DNA of 64,000 nucleotides from an uncultured Gaiellaceae bacterium (GCA_963731095.1 CAVSUK010000015.1:46-64045), one strand, 5' to 3'. Positions 9,668 to 19,733 are shown, numbered from the stretch's first letter. The notes: generated from the sequence alone by a model not told the origin. A program made the numbers and translations.

Positions 9668-10861
9668 CTACGGGACGGCAGGCCGCTCGGAGAGCGTCAC
9701 CTGCACCACCTGACGCTTGGTGCCGCCGCGCAGCAGCGTGAGTGGCACCCGGTCGCCCGGCTCGAGCAGCGTCACCGCCCGCGACACGTCCTGTGCGCTC
9801 GTCACCGGGGTGGTCGCGATGCGGACGATGAGATCGCCGCCGAGCGTGACGCGCAGGCCGTTCCAGCTCTCGACGCGGGTGCCGCCACGGACGCCCGCCT
9901 TGGCAGCGGGCGTCCCCGGCTCGACCTGCGTCACGAGCGCACCGCGCTCGGCCGCGAAGCCGAAGCGGCGAGCCAGCCCCGGCGTGACATCCTGCGTCGT
10001 GATGCCGATGTACGCGTACTTGACGCTGCCCGTGCGGACGAGCTGGTCCATGGCACGACGTGCGATGTTGATCGGGATGGCGAAGCCGACACCTTCCGCA
10101 GTACCGCTGTTGGAGCGGATCTGCGCGTTGATCCCGATCACGCGGCCCTTCGCGTCGAAGAGTGGGCCGCCCGAGTTTCCCCGGTTGATGGACGCGTCGG
10201 TCTGGATCGCCCCGGCCACGTTGTAGCTCGAGGTGAGCGACGCGATCGAGCGATCGACCGCCGAGACCACGCCGACCGACAGCGAGGACTGCTCGTTGAA
10301 GGGGCTGCCGATCGCCGCCACCGGTGTCCCGACCACGACGGCCTCCGAATCGCCGAGCGGCACCGGGTCGAGCGCATGGTCGGCCGGATCGACCCGGGCG
10401 ACGGCGACGTCGCTGAAGAGATCCCAGCCGACGATGCGCGCCGGCACGCGATCGCCGTCCTTGAACTCCACGAACAGCTTCTCGGCCCCCGTGACGTCCT
10501 GCGGAGACGCGCCGTCGGGCAACGACGCAACGTTGGTGACCACGTGCGCGTTCGTGAGGATGGTGCCCTTCGCGTCGACGACGAACCCCGAGCCCTGCGA
10601 GACCCCGTCCGCGCCCAGATCCGCGTACAGGGTGACGACGCCGGCGGCGCGATTGGCATAGATCGCCGCGGCATCGAAGCGTGTCCCGCGCAGGGGCGCC
10701 GCGGCAGTCGCGGTGACGGCAGTGGACGACGACGCGCCGGTGGCGATCACGGTCGTGCTCTCGCCGCCGGTCAGACCCGTGACGGCGCCGAGCACGAGCG
10801 CAAGCCCGCCGCCGAGCAGAGCGGCGACGAGAGCGGTAGCCGCGACGGCTGCGGGACGCAT
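9668..10861 (-). CDS. htrA: HtrA/DegP-type serine protease with PDZ domain
   Basis: GSGF, TNAHVV, SDVAV, QTDASINRGNSGGPL, C-terminal PDZ; N-terminal TM; TAGAGT -10 box 7 nt before ATG 10861. Confidence 0.93.
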   Translation of the reverse strand: MRPAAVAATALVAALLGGGLALVLGAVTGLTGGESTTVIATGASSSTAVTATAAAPLRGTRFDAAAIYANRAAGVVTLYADLGADGVSQGSGFVVDAKGTILTNAHVVTNVASLPDGASPQDVTGAEKLFVEFKDGDRVPARIVGWDLFSDVAVARVDPADHALDPVPLGDSEAVVVGTPVAAIGSPFNEQSSLSVGVVSAVDRSIASLTSSYNVAGAIQTDASINRGNSGGPLFDAKGRVIGINAQIRSNSGTAEGVGFAIPINIARRAMDQLVRTGSVKYAYIGITTQDVTPGLARRFGFAAERGALVTQVEPGTPAAKAGVRGGTRVESWNGLRVTLGGDLIVRIATTPVTSAQDVSRAVTLLEPGDRVPLTLLRGGTKRQVVQVTLSERPAVP

Positions 10862-10889
10862 CCCGCTCACTCTAGCCGCGCTCCCGCGC

Positions 10890-10915
10890 ACGTCGTTTCC
10901 ACGTGGAAACGACGT
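10890..10915. promoter_or_regulatory. perfect 26-bp palindrome with parS-like core
   Basis: acgtcgtttccacgtggaaacgacgt; core GTTTCCACGTGGAAAC versus the parS variant TGTTCCACGTGGAACA. Confidence 0.65.
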
Positions 10916-10919
10916 CGGG

Positions 10920-12317
10920 CTACGCCGGCTGCGGCTCGGCCGGGAGGTCGAGCGTGCAGACCGTCCGCCCCGGCTTGCTCTCGATCGTCACCGTCCCGCC
11001 CATGTGCTCGGCGAGCTCGCGCGCGATCGCCAGGCCGAGGCCGCTCCCGGAGGCGTGGGCGCCCTCGACCCGGTAGAAGCGCTGGAACACGCGGTCGAGG
11101 TGCTCGGCCGGGATCCCCGGGCCGTCGTCCTCGACCACGAGAAAGGCGCGGTCGCCGCGACGCTCGGCCCGCAGCAGCACGCGGGTGCCGCCGGGCGTGT
11201 GGATCAGCGCATTGCCCGCCAGTGCGCGGCCGATCTGCAACACCCGCTCCTCGTCGGCGCGCGCCCACGCCTCGCCGTTGCCGGCCACGTCGAGCACGTG
11301 CCGCGACGCCTCGGCGAGCGCGTGCAGCTCCTCCGCCAGCAGGCGCGCGGTCTCGGTCAACTCCACCTCGTCCGCCTCGATACGGATGCGGCCCGCATCC
11401 ATGCGAGAGAGGTCGAGCAGATCGGTGGCGAGCTTCGTCAGACGCTCCACCTGGCCCCGTGTGGTGGCGAGGAACTGGCGTCGCGTCTCCTCGTCGAGAT
11501 CCTCGTCCTCGAGCAGCTCGAGAAAGCCGGAGAGCGAGAAGAGCGGCGTGCGCAGCTCGTGCGAGGCGTTCGCGACGAACTCCTTGCGCGCCGAGTCGAG
11601 CTGGGCGACCTCCACGCGCATGCGGTCGAACGCCGTCGCGAGCTCGCCGAGCTCGTCGTCGCCCTCGTCGACGATGGGCTCGTCGAAGTGCCCCTGCGCG
11701 ATCCGGTTCGCGGCCCGTTGCAGCCGCCGGATGCGCCGCGCGTGGATCGTGGCCGCCACGAAGCCCAGCGCGACCGCTATCCCCATCGCCGCGGCCATCG
11801 CGTAGAGCATGCGCCTCTCGACGAGGCGCACGGTCGCGAGCTGGTCGGCGAGGGACGCCGACACGAGCACGATCCCGTTCGTCGGCAGGAGCTGCACGGC
11901 CACCTCTCCGTGCTCGTCCTCGCCGCGGCCGACACGGGCGCGAACCGAGCGCCCCGTCCGCGCCGCCTCCAGGGCGACCGGATCCTCCGCCATGGCGCCC
12001 GACGTGCTCTCCGCCGAATCCGACACGACCGTCAGCGACGACGGATCGTCGACGCCGAGAACGACCACACGGATGCCGAACGCCTCGGAGAGGCTGCGGA
12101 CGCCGGCGTCGAGCTGCGCTGGACTGTTCAGATAGCCACTGCCGGCGAGGGTGCTCGCAATCGTGTCCGCGTTCGCATAGAGCTGCTCGAGCTTGGCGTC
12201 GACGAGGCTCCGCTCGAGCGACGGCACGACGATCACGTACGCGGCCAGCAGCGCACCGCCGACGATGACGACGAGCGCAAGCGTCAGCTTGACGCGGATG
12301 CCGCCGGGCAGGCTCAT
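10920..12317 (-). CDS. HAMP-domain sensor histidine kinase
   Basis: Two TMs, HAMP (DELGELATAFDRM), H-box ANASHELRTPL, DDGPGI, GSGLGLAI; ATG 12317. Confidence 0.93.
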   Translation of the reverse strand: MSLPGGIRVKLTLALVVIVGGALLAAYVIVVPSLERSLVDAKLEQLYANADTIASTLAGSGYLNSPAQLDAGVRSLSEAFGIRVVVLGVDDPSSLTVVSDSAESTSGAMAEDPVALEAARTGRSVRARVGRGEDEHGEVAVQLLPTNGIVLVSASLADQLATVRLVERRMLYAMAAAMGIAVALGFVAATIHARRIRRLQRAANRIAQGHFDEPIVDEGDDELGELATAFDRMRVEVAQLDSARKEFVANASHELRTPLFSLSGFLELLEDEDLDEETRRQFLATTRGQVERLTKLATDLLDLSRMDAGRIRIEADEVELTETARLLAEELHALAEASRHVLDVAGNGEAWARADEERVLQIGRALAGNALIHTPGGTRVLLRAERRGDRAFLVVEDDGPGIPAEHLDRVFQRFYRVEGAHASGSGLGLAIARELAEHMGGTVTIESKPGRTVCTLDLPAEPQPA

Positions 12318-13012
12318 CCGTCGCGGAAGCGGTAGCCCGCGCCCCGCACCGTCAGGATCAGCTCCGGCTCGCGCGGCTCGCGTTCGATCTTCTCCCGCAG
12401 ATGGCGGACGTGGACGTCGATCGTCCGCGGCTCGCGGTAGTCGGCGCCGCCACGCAGCCGCTCGAGCAGCTGGCGGCGGGAGTAGACGACGCCGGGGCTC
12501 GCAGCAAGCAGGGCGAGCAACTCGAACTCCACGAACGTCAGCTGCACCGGCTCGCCACGCACCTCGACCGTGCGCCGGGGCAGGTCGATGCGCAGCTCGC
12601 CACGATCGATCACCTCCTCCCGCCGGCCGCCGACGGGCGGGGTGGCGGCACGGCGCAGCAGCGCGCGCACCCGGCTGCGGAACTCGCGAATCGAGAACGG
12701 CTTGGTGATGTAGTCGTCGGCGCCGAGCTCGAGCCCGAGCACCTTGTCCAGCTCGTCGTCGCGGGCCGTGAGCATGATGATCGGCACCGTGCTCTCGGCG
12801 CGCAGCCTGCGGCAGACCTCCAGGCCGTCGAGCTTCGGCAGCATGATGTCGAGCACGACGAGGTCGACCTCCTCGTCCGCGAACTGTTTCAGCGCCTCGT
12901 CTCCGTCGCGCGCCTGCACGACCCGGTAGCCGTCCCGCTCCAGGGGGTAGGTGAGCAGCGTCTGGATGGAGTCCTCGTCGTCGACGAGGAGGATGGTGAG
13001 GGTGTCGGGCAT
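12314..13012 (-). CDS. OmpR/PhoB-family response regulator
   Basis: VDDE, LDIMLP, GADDYITKPF, winged helix RTIDVHVRHLREK, TVRGAGY; ATG 13012. Confidence 0.95.
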   Translation of the reverse strand: MPDTLTILLVDDEDSIQTLLTYPLERDGYRVVQARDGDEALKQFADEEVDLVVLDIMLPKLDGLEVCRRLRAESTVPIIMLTARDDELDKVLGLELGADDYITKPFSIREFRSRVRALLRRAATPPVGGRREEVIDRGELRIDLPRRTVEVRGEPVQLTFVEFELLALLAASPGVVYSRRQLLERLRGGADYREPRTIDVHVRHLREKIEREPREPELILTVRGAGYRFRDG

Positions 13013-13104
13013 CGTCCGCTCGCGGTGCGGGGCGCGTCCGCGCCCTCGCCACCCTAGACTAGCCCCCGGCATGGCGATCGCTTCGGGACCCGTCCCTGAC
13101 GGGA

Positions 13105-14988
13105 GTGCTCCAGGAGACGGCGCCGAAGGACGCGCGCGTGCCCGCGGCCGGGAGGTGCACCATCACCGCTGAGCCTCTGGGACGGGTCTCGGCGCGCCGG
13201 CGCGCCCGGCGGGGATCGGTCGAGCGGCCGATCAACGGCAGGCTCGTGCGGGCGACCCTGCTCCTCGTCGTGCCCGCGCTCCTACTCGCCTCGTTCACGG
13301 TGGCACACCCGGGGCCGCTGCCGGCCCCGTTGCTCCCGCCCTCTTTCGACACGGCCTCGGCGGTGGCGACGACGACCGAGCTCGCCCGCAACCATCCTTC
13401 CCGGGTACCCGGGACGGCGCTCGCCGACGGGGCGGCGAGCTGGTACACGGAGAAGCTTGCGCTCTACGACCTCGAAGCGCGCGAGGACACCTGGGAGGAG
13501 ACCATCCCCGGCCTCGGGCGCGTACGGCTGCGCAACATCGTCACCACCGTGCCCGGCGACTCCGGCAATGCGATCGTGTTCGTCGCCCACCGTGACAACA
13601 CCGGCCAGGGACCGGGGGCGAATGCGAATGCCTCGGGAACCGCCGCCCTGATCGAGCTCGCGCGCGGGTACGCGCAGCTCGGCACGGTGACCAGCCGCCC
13701 CAGGCCGCAGCACACGCTCGTCTTCCTCTCCTCGGACGGCGGCGCGTACGGCGGCTACGGAGCCGAGCGGTTCGCCGCCACGTCGCCGCTCCGGGACCGC
13801 CTCATCGCCGTCGTCTCGCTGGACGGCATCGCCGGCCACGCGCGGCCGCAGCTCGTTCTCTCCGGTCTCGGCTCGCGCTCGCCGGCACCCGCGCTCGTCC
13901 GCACCGCATCCGTGCGGGTCGCGGAGCAGACGACACGTGAGCCGGCCCAGCCGGACTGGCTCACCCAGCTCGTCGACCTCGGCATCCCGTTCGGCTACGG
14001 GGAGCAGGCGCCGTTCCTGGAACGGGGCATCTCGGCCGTCCGCCTCGCCACGGTCGGCGACGGCGCTGCCGATGCGGCCACGGACACCCCCGAGAACCTC
14101 GACGTCGCCCGCTTCGACCGGCTCGGCCGAGCCGCCGAGACCCTCCTCTCCTCGCTCGACGCGAGCGTCGCGCTCGCCGGAGGCACCGCCGGATCGCTCT
14201 ACCTCGGCAACAGGGTCGTGCGCGGCTGGGCGATCGAGCTCGTCCTGCTCGCATCGCTGATCCCCTTCCTCGTCGGCTCGGTCGACCTCTACGTCCGCTG
14301 TCGCGGGCGAGGCGTACCGCTTCGCGGCGCGTGGCTCGCGCTGCGCACGCGCATGGGCCTCTGGCTGTGGGTCGGGGCGGTCGTAGCCTTCGGGGCCTTC
14401 GTCGGCATCTTCCCGCGCGACGGCTCGCTACCGCCCGCACCGGACAGCCCGGCCGTCTCCGGCTGGCCGATCGGCGGCCTGGTCGGCCTGCTGGCGCTCG
14501 TCGCGCTCGGATGGGCGCGCACATGGTTCCGCTCCCGTGCGCGCGCCGCTGCAGGGCCTGCAGACGAGCTCGCCGGCTACGCAGTCGCCCTCGTCGGGCT
14601 CGGCGCCGTTGCCGTCGCAGTCGCAGTCGCCAACCCGTACACGCTGATCTTCCTGGTGCCGTCCCTCTATGCATGGCTCTGGCTGCCACAGGTGCAGGCA
14701 CGCTCCGGCTGGGCGCGGGACGCCCTCTACGGCGCCGGCCTGATCGGCCCCGCGCTGGCCCTCGTCGCCGTCGCGCAGCAGCTCGATCTCGGGCTCGACG
14801 CCCCGCTCTACCTCACCGCCCTGATGACGCTCGGGTTCGTGCCCTGGCTCAACGTGCTGGCGCTGCTCGCCTGGGCTGCCGTCGCCACACAGCTCGGCGC
14901 GCTCGCCGGCGGGCGGTACACGCCCGGCGGCCCGACCGTCCCGGAAGGAACCATCCCGGCCACGCGGGCCGCAGAGCCGAACACCTGA
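13105..14988 (+). CDS. M28 peptidase-like domain protein with N-terminal TM and multi-TM C-terminus; metal ligands degenerate
   Basis: AHRD, PGANANASGTAALIELAR, SLDG, DTPENLD match the M28 pattern; about 7 hydrophobic helices follow; start uncertain. Confidence 0.75.
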   Translation: MLQETAPKDARVPAAGRCTITAEPLGRVSARRRARRGSVERPINGRLVRATLLLVVPALLLASFTVAHPGPLPAPLLPPSFDTASAVATTTELARNHPSRVPGTALADGAASWYTEKLALYDLEAREDTWEETIPGLGRVRLRNIVTTVPGDSGNAIVFVAHRDNTGQGPGANANASGTAALIELARGYAQLGTVTSRPRPQHTLVFLSSDGGAYGGYGAERFAATSPLRDRLIAVVSLDGIAGHARPQLVLSGLGSRSPAPALVRTASVRVAEQTTREPAQPDWLTQLVDLGIPFGYGEQAPFLERGISAVRLATVGDGAADAATDTPENLDVARFDRLGRAAETLLSSLDASVALAGGTAGSLYLGNRVVRGWAIELVLLASLIPFLVGSVDLYVRCRGRGVPLRGAWLALRTRMGLWLWVGAVVAFGAFVGIFPRDGSLPPAPDSPAVSGWPIGGLVGLLALVALGWARTWFRSRARAAAGPADELAGYAVALVGLGAVAVAVAVANPYTLIFLVPSLYAWLWLPQVQARSGWARDALYGAGLIGPALALVAVAQQLDLGLDAPLYLTALMTLGFVPWLNVLALLAWAAVATQLGALAGGRYTPGGPTVPEGTIPATRAAEPNT

Positions 14989-15011
14989 AAGCGCGTCGAG
15001 GCCGCGACCAG

Positions 15012-16199
15012 CTACAGCGGCAGGTATCGGACCGCTGCTCCGGCCGCCAGCGTGCCCTCGCCTCGCGGGACGTGGACGAGCGCGTCGGCGACGGCGCTCC
15101 GGACGATCATGTGCGACTCCTGGCCGACGATCGGCGTCAGCTCGACGCCGGTGCCGCCCCACGCGCTGCGGGCACGGACGAAGTCGTCCCGGGCGGGATT
15201 GCGGCGTACGGACGCTGCGAGCACCCCGGGCGCGTAGCGCGGGCCGGGCTCTCGCGCACCCTGCAGGGCGAGGACGGCCGGGCAGACGAAGAGCATGCAG
15301 CCGACGAGCGACGAGACGGGGTTCCCTGGAAGGCCGAACACGAGCGTCCTCCCCTTGACGCCGAACGCCGCCGGCTTCCCGGGCCGCATCGCCACCCCCC
15401 AGAAGACCTCTTCGACGCCGAGCGAGCGCTCGATCCTGCGAACGAGGTCGTGAGGGCCGACCGATACGCCCCCCGACGTGACGAGCACATCGGCTGCAAG
15501 CCCGCGCTCGATCGCGTCGCGGTGGGCGCGCTCGTCGTCTGCGACCGGCCCGACGCACTCGACCACGGCACCACAGGAGGAGAGTGCGGCAGCGAGCATG
15601 ATGCCGTTCGACTCGTAGATCTCACCATCTGCGAGCGCGTCGCCCGCCGGCCGCAGCTCGGTTCCGGTCACGACGACGACGACCCGCGGCCGGGCGCCGC
15701 ACTGCACTTCCGCCACCCCGCTGGCGGCCAGGGCGGCAATCCGGGCCGGAGTCACGGTCATGCCGGCCGGGACGGCGGTGTCGCCGGCGCGTACGTCTCC
15801 TCCCAGCGGGCGGACGTTGTCTCCCTTCGCAACAGCCGACGGCACCTCTATGGTGTTGTCGTGCTCGACAACAAGCTCGATCGGCACGACCGCGTCGGCG
15901 CCCTCGGGAACGACGCCGCCGGTGGCGATGCCCATCGCCTCGCCGGAGCTCAGAGGGCGGGACGCGGGCCGCCCCGCTGCAACGTGCGCGACCACGGGAA
16001 GCGTCCCGGGCGTGTCTGCCGCACGCAGCGCGAAGCCGTCCATGGCGGAGCTCGGGAACGGGGGCAGGTCGACCTCGGCGGTTGCGGGCTGCACCACGAT
16101 GCGCCCGGCGGCTGCGCCGAGACCGACCGTCTCGGTGGGTAACGGAGTCACGTGCGCGAGCACGCGGGCGAGCGCATCGTCGACCGTGAGCAGATCCAT
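15012..16199 (-). CDS. moeA: molybdopterin molybdotransferase
   Basis: SAMDGFA, TGGVVPEGADAVV, TGTEL, SGGVSVG, PGKP, GLPGNPVS. Confidence 0.96.
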   Translation of the reverse strand: MDLLTVDDALARVLAHVTPLPTETVGLGAAAGRIVVQPATAEVDLPPFPSSAMDGFALRAADTPGTLPVVAHVAAGRPASRPLSSGEAMGIATGGVVPEGADAVVPIELVVEHDNTIEVPSAVAKGDNVRPLGGDVRAGDTAVPAGMTVTPARIAALAASGVAEVQCGARPRVVVVVTGTELRPAGDALADGEIYESNGIMLAAALSSCGAVVECVGPVADDERAHRDAIERGLAADVLVTSGGVSVGPHDLVRRIERSLGVEEVFWGVAMRPGKPAAFGVKGRTLVFGLPGNPVSSLVGCMLFVCPAVLALQGAREPGPRYAPGVLAASVRRNPARDDFVRARSAWGGTGVELTPIVGQESHMIVRSAVADALVHVPRGEGTLAAGAAVRYLPL

Positions 16200-16243
16200 A
16201 CCGCCCCAACGCTACCCTGCCGGATCGCGATACCCTCGCGGGC

Positions 16244-17182
16244 GTGATCTCGGTCGTCATCCCCGTGCACGACGAGGAGCGCAGCGTGGCGCTGCTCCAC
16301 GACGAGCTCTCGGCCGCACTCGACCCGCTGGGCCGCCCGTGGGAGGCAGTGTTCGTGGACGACGGCTCGAACGACGGCACCTTCGGGGCGCTGACCCGTC
16401 TCCACGCAGCTCACGACAACGTCCGCGTGGTGCGCCTGCGCCGCAACTTCGGCAAGGCGGCTGCACTGGACGCCGGCTTCGCGGAGGCGGCAGGCGACGT
16501 CATCGTGACGATCGACGGCGACCTCCAGGACGATCCGGCCGAGATCCCCCGGCTCCTGGCCAGGCTCGACGAGGGCTACGACCTCGTCTCCGGCTGGAAG
16601 GCCAAGCGGCGAGACCCGCTCACCCGCCGGATCCCCTCGAGGCTCTTCAACGGCGTGGCCGGGCGAGTATCGGGACTGAAGCTCCACGACATGAACTGCG
16701 GCCTCAAGGCGTACCGGGCCGAGGTCGTGCACGGCATGCAGCTGTATGGAGAGCTTCACCGCTACATCCCCGTGCTCGCCCACTACCGCGGCTACCGGGT
16801 CACCGAGTTGCCGGTCAACCACCGGCCGCGCGAGCACGGCCGTTCACGCTACGGCGTCGAGCGGTACCTGCGCGGTTTCCTCGACCTGCTCACCGTGACC
16901 TTCATGGGCCGCTACCGGCACCGGCCGCTCCACCTCTTCGGAGGCTTCGGCCTGATCACGAGCCTCGTCGGCATGGCCATCCTCGTCTACCTGACGGTGC
17001 TCAAGCTCACGGGCGCGGCGATCGGGCACCGGCCGCTCCTCACGCTCGGGGTCCTCCTCGTCGTCGTCGGCATCCAGTTCCTCTCGCTCGGTCTCCTCTC
17101 CGAGCTGATCACGAGTCAACACGAGGAGCGTGTCTCGGCCACCGAGCGCAGGGAGCGTCTCGTCGACGAGGTGCTGCGCTAG
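16244..17182 (+). CDS. GT2 polyprenyl-phosphate glycosyltransferase (ArnC/GtrB/DPM-like)
   Basis: SVVIPVHDE, VDDGSNDGT, RNFGK, DGDLQDDP, two C-terminal TMs. Confidence 0.92.
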   Translation: MISVVIPVHDEERSVALLHDELSAALDPLGRPWEAVFVDDGSNDGTFGALTRLHAAHDNVRVVRLRRNFGKAAALDAGFAEAAGDVIVTIDGDLQDDPAEIPRLLARLDEGYDLVSGWKAKRRDPLTRRIPSRLFNGVAGRVSGLKLHDMNCGLKAYRAEVVHGMQLYGELHRYIPVLAHYRGYRVTELPVNHRPREHGRSRYGVERYLRGFLDLLTVTFMGRYRHRPLHLFGGFGLITSLVGMAILVYLTVLKLTGAAIGHRPLLTLGVLLVVVGIQFLSLGLLSELITSQHEERVSATERRERLVDEVLR

Positions 17183-17226
17183 CGCTCCCACGGGGGTCGA
17201 GAGCGGAGCCGGGCGCACTCGGGTCG

Positions 17227-18297
17227 ATGCACGTCCTCTACTTCGGGACCTACGATCGCACGTACCCGCGCAATGCCCAGGTGATCTCGTGCCTGCGCGG
17301 GGCCGGCGTCGACGTCACCGAGCGCCACCGGCCCGTGTGGGAGCAGCGCCACAACTGGTCGGTAGGGCTGCGGCAGGTGGCGCGCCTCCTCGACGCGGAG
17401 CGCACCCTGCGCAAGGGCTCGGGCGGTGCCGTCGACGCCCTCATCGTGGGCTACCCGGGCCACTTCGACCTGCCCGCCGCCAAGCGTGTCGCGCGCGGCA
17501 GGCCCGTCGTCTTCAACCCGCTCGTGTCGTTGCACGACACGCTCGTCACCGACCGCGGGCGCTTCCGCCGTGGTGGCCCGGCTGCAAGCGTGCTGCAGGT
17601 CGTCGACCGGCGCGCGTTCCGTCGGGCGGACCTCGTGGTGGCGGACACCGAGCAGCACGCACGGTTCTTCCGCACGGCGTTCGGCCTTCCCGCCGAACGG
17701 GTGCGGGTGTGCCTGGTCGGGGCCGAGGACAGGCTCTTCCGGCCCGGGTGGCAGCCGCCGGCGACGTTCCACGCGCTGTTCGTGGGCAAGCTCATTCCCC
17801 TGCACGGCATCGAGACGATCCTCGCCGCAGCCGCGCTCGCACCAGAGATCCCGTTCCGGATCGTGGGCAGCGGGCAGCTCGAGCATCTGCTCGAGGCGCG
17901 GCCCGCGAACGTCACCTGGGTGCCGTGGGTCGAGTACGACGACCTGCCGGGCGAGATCCAGCAGGCCGGTTGCGCCCTGGGCGTCTTCGGCAGGGGCGAG
18001 AAGACGGCAAGAGTGATCCCGAACAAGGCCTTCCAGGCGATCGCCTGCGGGATCCCGCTCGTCACGGCCGACACGCCTGCCGCCCGGGAGCTCCTCACCC
18101 ACGGCAAGGACGCCTTGCTCGTGCCCGCGGGCGACGCAGCCGCCCTTGCGGCCGCGGTGCGGGCGCTCGCGCGGGACGCAGGGCTCGCCGCGAGCCTCGG
18201 GGAGCAAGGCAGGGTCACCTACGAGGCGCACGCGAGCGAGGCCGTGCTCGGCGAACGCTGGCGCGCGCTGCTCGAGCAGGTCACGGCGGTGACCTGA
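17227..18297 (+). CDS. GT4 family glycosyltransferase
   Basis: ATG 17227 MHVLYFG; FVGKLIPLHG, IPNKAFQAIACG.P.VT; GT-B fold. Confidence 0.85.
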   Translation: MHVLYFGTYDRTYPRNAQVISCLRGAGVDVTERHRPVWEQRHNWSVGLRQVARLLDAERTLRKGSGGAVDALIVGYPGHFDLPAAKRVARGRPVVFNPLVSLHDTLVTDRGRFRRGGPAASVLQVVDRRAFRRADLVVADTEQHARFFRTAFGLPAERVRVCLVGAEDRLFRPGWQPPATFHALFVGKLIPLHGIETILAAAALAPEIPFRIVGSGQLEHLLEARPANVTWVPWVEYDDLPGEIQQAGCALGVFGRGEKTARVIPNKAFQAIACGIPLVTADTPAARELLTHGKDALLVPAGDAAALAAAVRALARDAGLAASLGEQGRVTYEAHASEAVLGERWRALLEQVTAVT

Positions 18298-19722
18298 GTG
18301 CTGACACGTCCCCGCACGCTGCTGTGGCTCGCGACCGCGTCTTTCGGCGCGGGCTTCGCCGCGCTCGCGACCCTCCAGCACCGGGCGTTCGAGACGGGCC
18401 GCTTCGATCTCGGCAATCTGACCCAGGCCGTGTGGTCGACTGCGCACGGCGATCTCCTGCAGGTCACGAGCCTCCGCGGCGAGCAGATGTCACGGCTCGG
18501 CGCCCACTTCGACCCGATCGTCGCCGCCCTCGCGCCGCTGTGGTGGCTCTGGCCCGACCCGGCCGTCTTGCTCGTCGCCCAGGCGGTCGCGGTTGCGCTC
18601 GGCGCGGTGCCCGTGTATCTGCTCGCACACAAGCATCTCGGGACCGAATGGGCGGGCCTCGGCTTCGCACTCGCCTACCTTCTCTACCCGCCGACCCAGT
18701 GGCTCGTTCTCGACGACTTCCACCCTGTCGCCTTCGCGACCCCGCTCCTGCTCGCTGCCGTCTGGTTCCTCGACGAGGAGCGCTTGATCGCCTTCGCGGC
18801 CACTGCCGGGCTGGCCTGCCTGACGAAGGAGCAGGTGGGGCTGAGCGTCGCCGTGCTCGGGCTCTGGTTCGCCGTACGGCACGGGCGCCGGCGGGCGGGT
18901 GCCGCCATCGCCGCGGCGGGCGCCGCGGTCGCGATCGTTGCCACCGCCATCGTGGTGCCCCGCTATGCGCCGGGGGGAGGGTCGCCGTTCGAGCACCGCT
19001 ACGACGCCGTCGGCGGCTCGCCCGTCGGCATCCTGAAGACGGCTGTCACCCATCCGCTGCGGCTCCTGGAGGTCGCCTTTCAGAGCCGGGACCTCGCCTA
19101 CCTGAAGCACCTCGTGCTCCCGCTCGTCGGACTGCCGCTGCTCGCCCCGCTGCTGGCGCTGAGCGCCGTACCCGAGCTCGCCCTCAACGTGCTCTCGGGC
19201 ACGCGCACGCAGACGTCGATCCACTTCCATTACACGGCGGCGGCGATCCCGGGCCTGATCGCCGCGAGTGTCCTCGGGGCAGCCCTGGTGCACCGCCGCC
19301 GGCCTGCGGTCACGCCCTGGCTCGTGCGTGTGGTCGTCGTCGCGGTCGCCCTGTCCGGCGTGCTGCTGGGACCGTTGCCCGTCTGGCGTCACGTTCCGTT
19401 CGGCGAGTCGCTTGCCGCACGCGACCACGTCGAGAGCGCCCACGATCGGGTCGCCGCGCGAGCGCTGCGGCTCATCCCGCCTCGAGCGGCGGTGAGCGCC
19501 ACCAACACGCTCGGTGCCCATCTCTCCGAGCGGAAGCGCATCTTCAGCTTCCCCGTGCTGCAGGAAGCACGCTGGATCGCGGTCGACGAGCGGCGACCGA
19601 GCTACCGCGACGACGCCGTCGCCCCCGGACGATTCGCGCTGGCGCTCTCACGCGTCCGCTCCGATCCCACGTGGAAGGTGGTCTTCGACGAGGACGGCGT
19701 GCTCGTCCTGCGCCGGGCCTGA
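18298..19722 (+). CDS. DUF2079-type polytopic membrane protein (GT-C-like)
   Basis: FDLG..TQAVW, HFDPI, DFHP, KE and FHY motifs typical of DUF2079. Confidence 0.8.
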   Translation: MLTRPRTLLWLATASFGAGFAALATLQHRAFETGRFDLGNLTQAVWSTAHGDLLQVTSLRGEQMSRLGAHFDPIVAALAPLWWLWPDPAVLLVAQAVAVALGAVPVYLLAHKHLGTEWAGLGFALAYLLYPPTQWLVLDDFHPVAFATPLLLAAVWFLDEERLIAFAATAGLACLTKEQVGLSVAVLGLWFAVRHGRRRAGAAIAAAGAAVAIVATAIVVPRYAPGGGSPFEHRYDAVGGSPVGILKTAVTHPLRLLEVAFQSRDLAYLKHLVLPLVGLPLLAPLLALSAVPELALNVLSGTRTQTSIHFHYTAAAIPGLIAASVLGAALVHRRRPAVTPWLVRVVVVAVALSGVLLGPLPVWRHVPFGESLAARDHVESAHDRVAARALRLIPPRAAVSATNTLGAHLSERKRIFSFPVLQEARWIAVDERRPSYRDDAVAPGRFALALSRVRSDPTWKVVFDEDGVLVLRRA

Positions 19723-19733
19723 CGCACCGGGCG

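Noticed and set aside
9500-12268. Very long alternative ORFs (922 aa here; also 17130-20258, 15760-17226, 39022-41241, 44868-47069)
   Set aside because: Arg/Ala/Pro-rich shadow frames typical of high-GC DNA, overlapping well-supported genes, with no domain motifs
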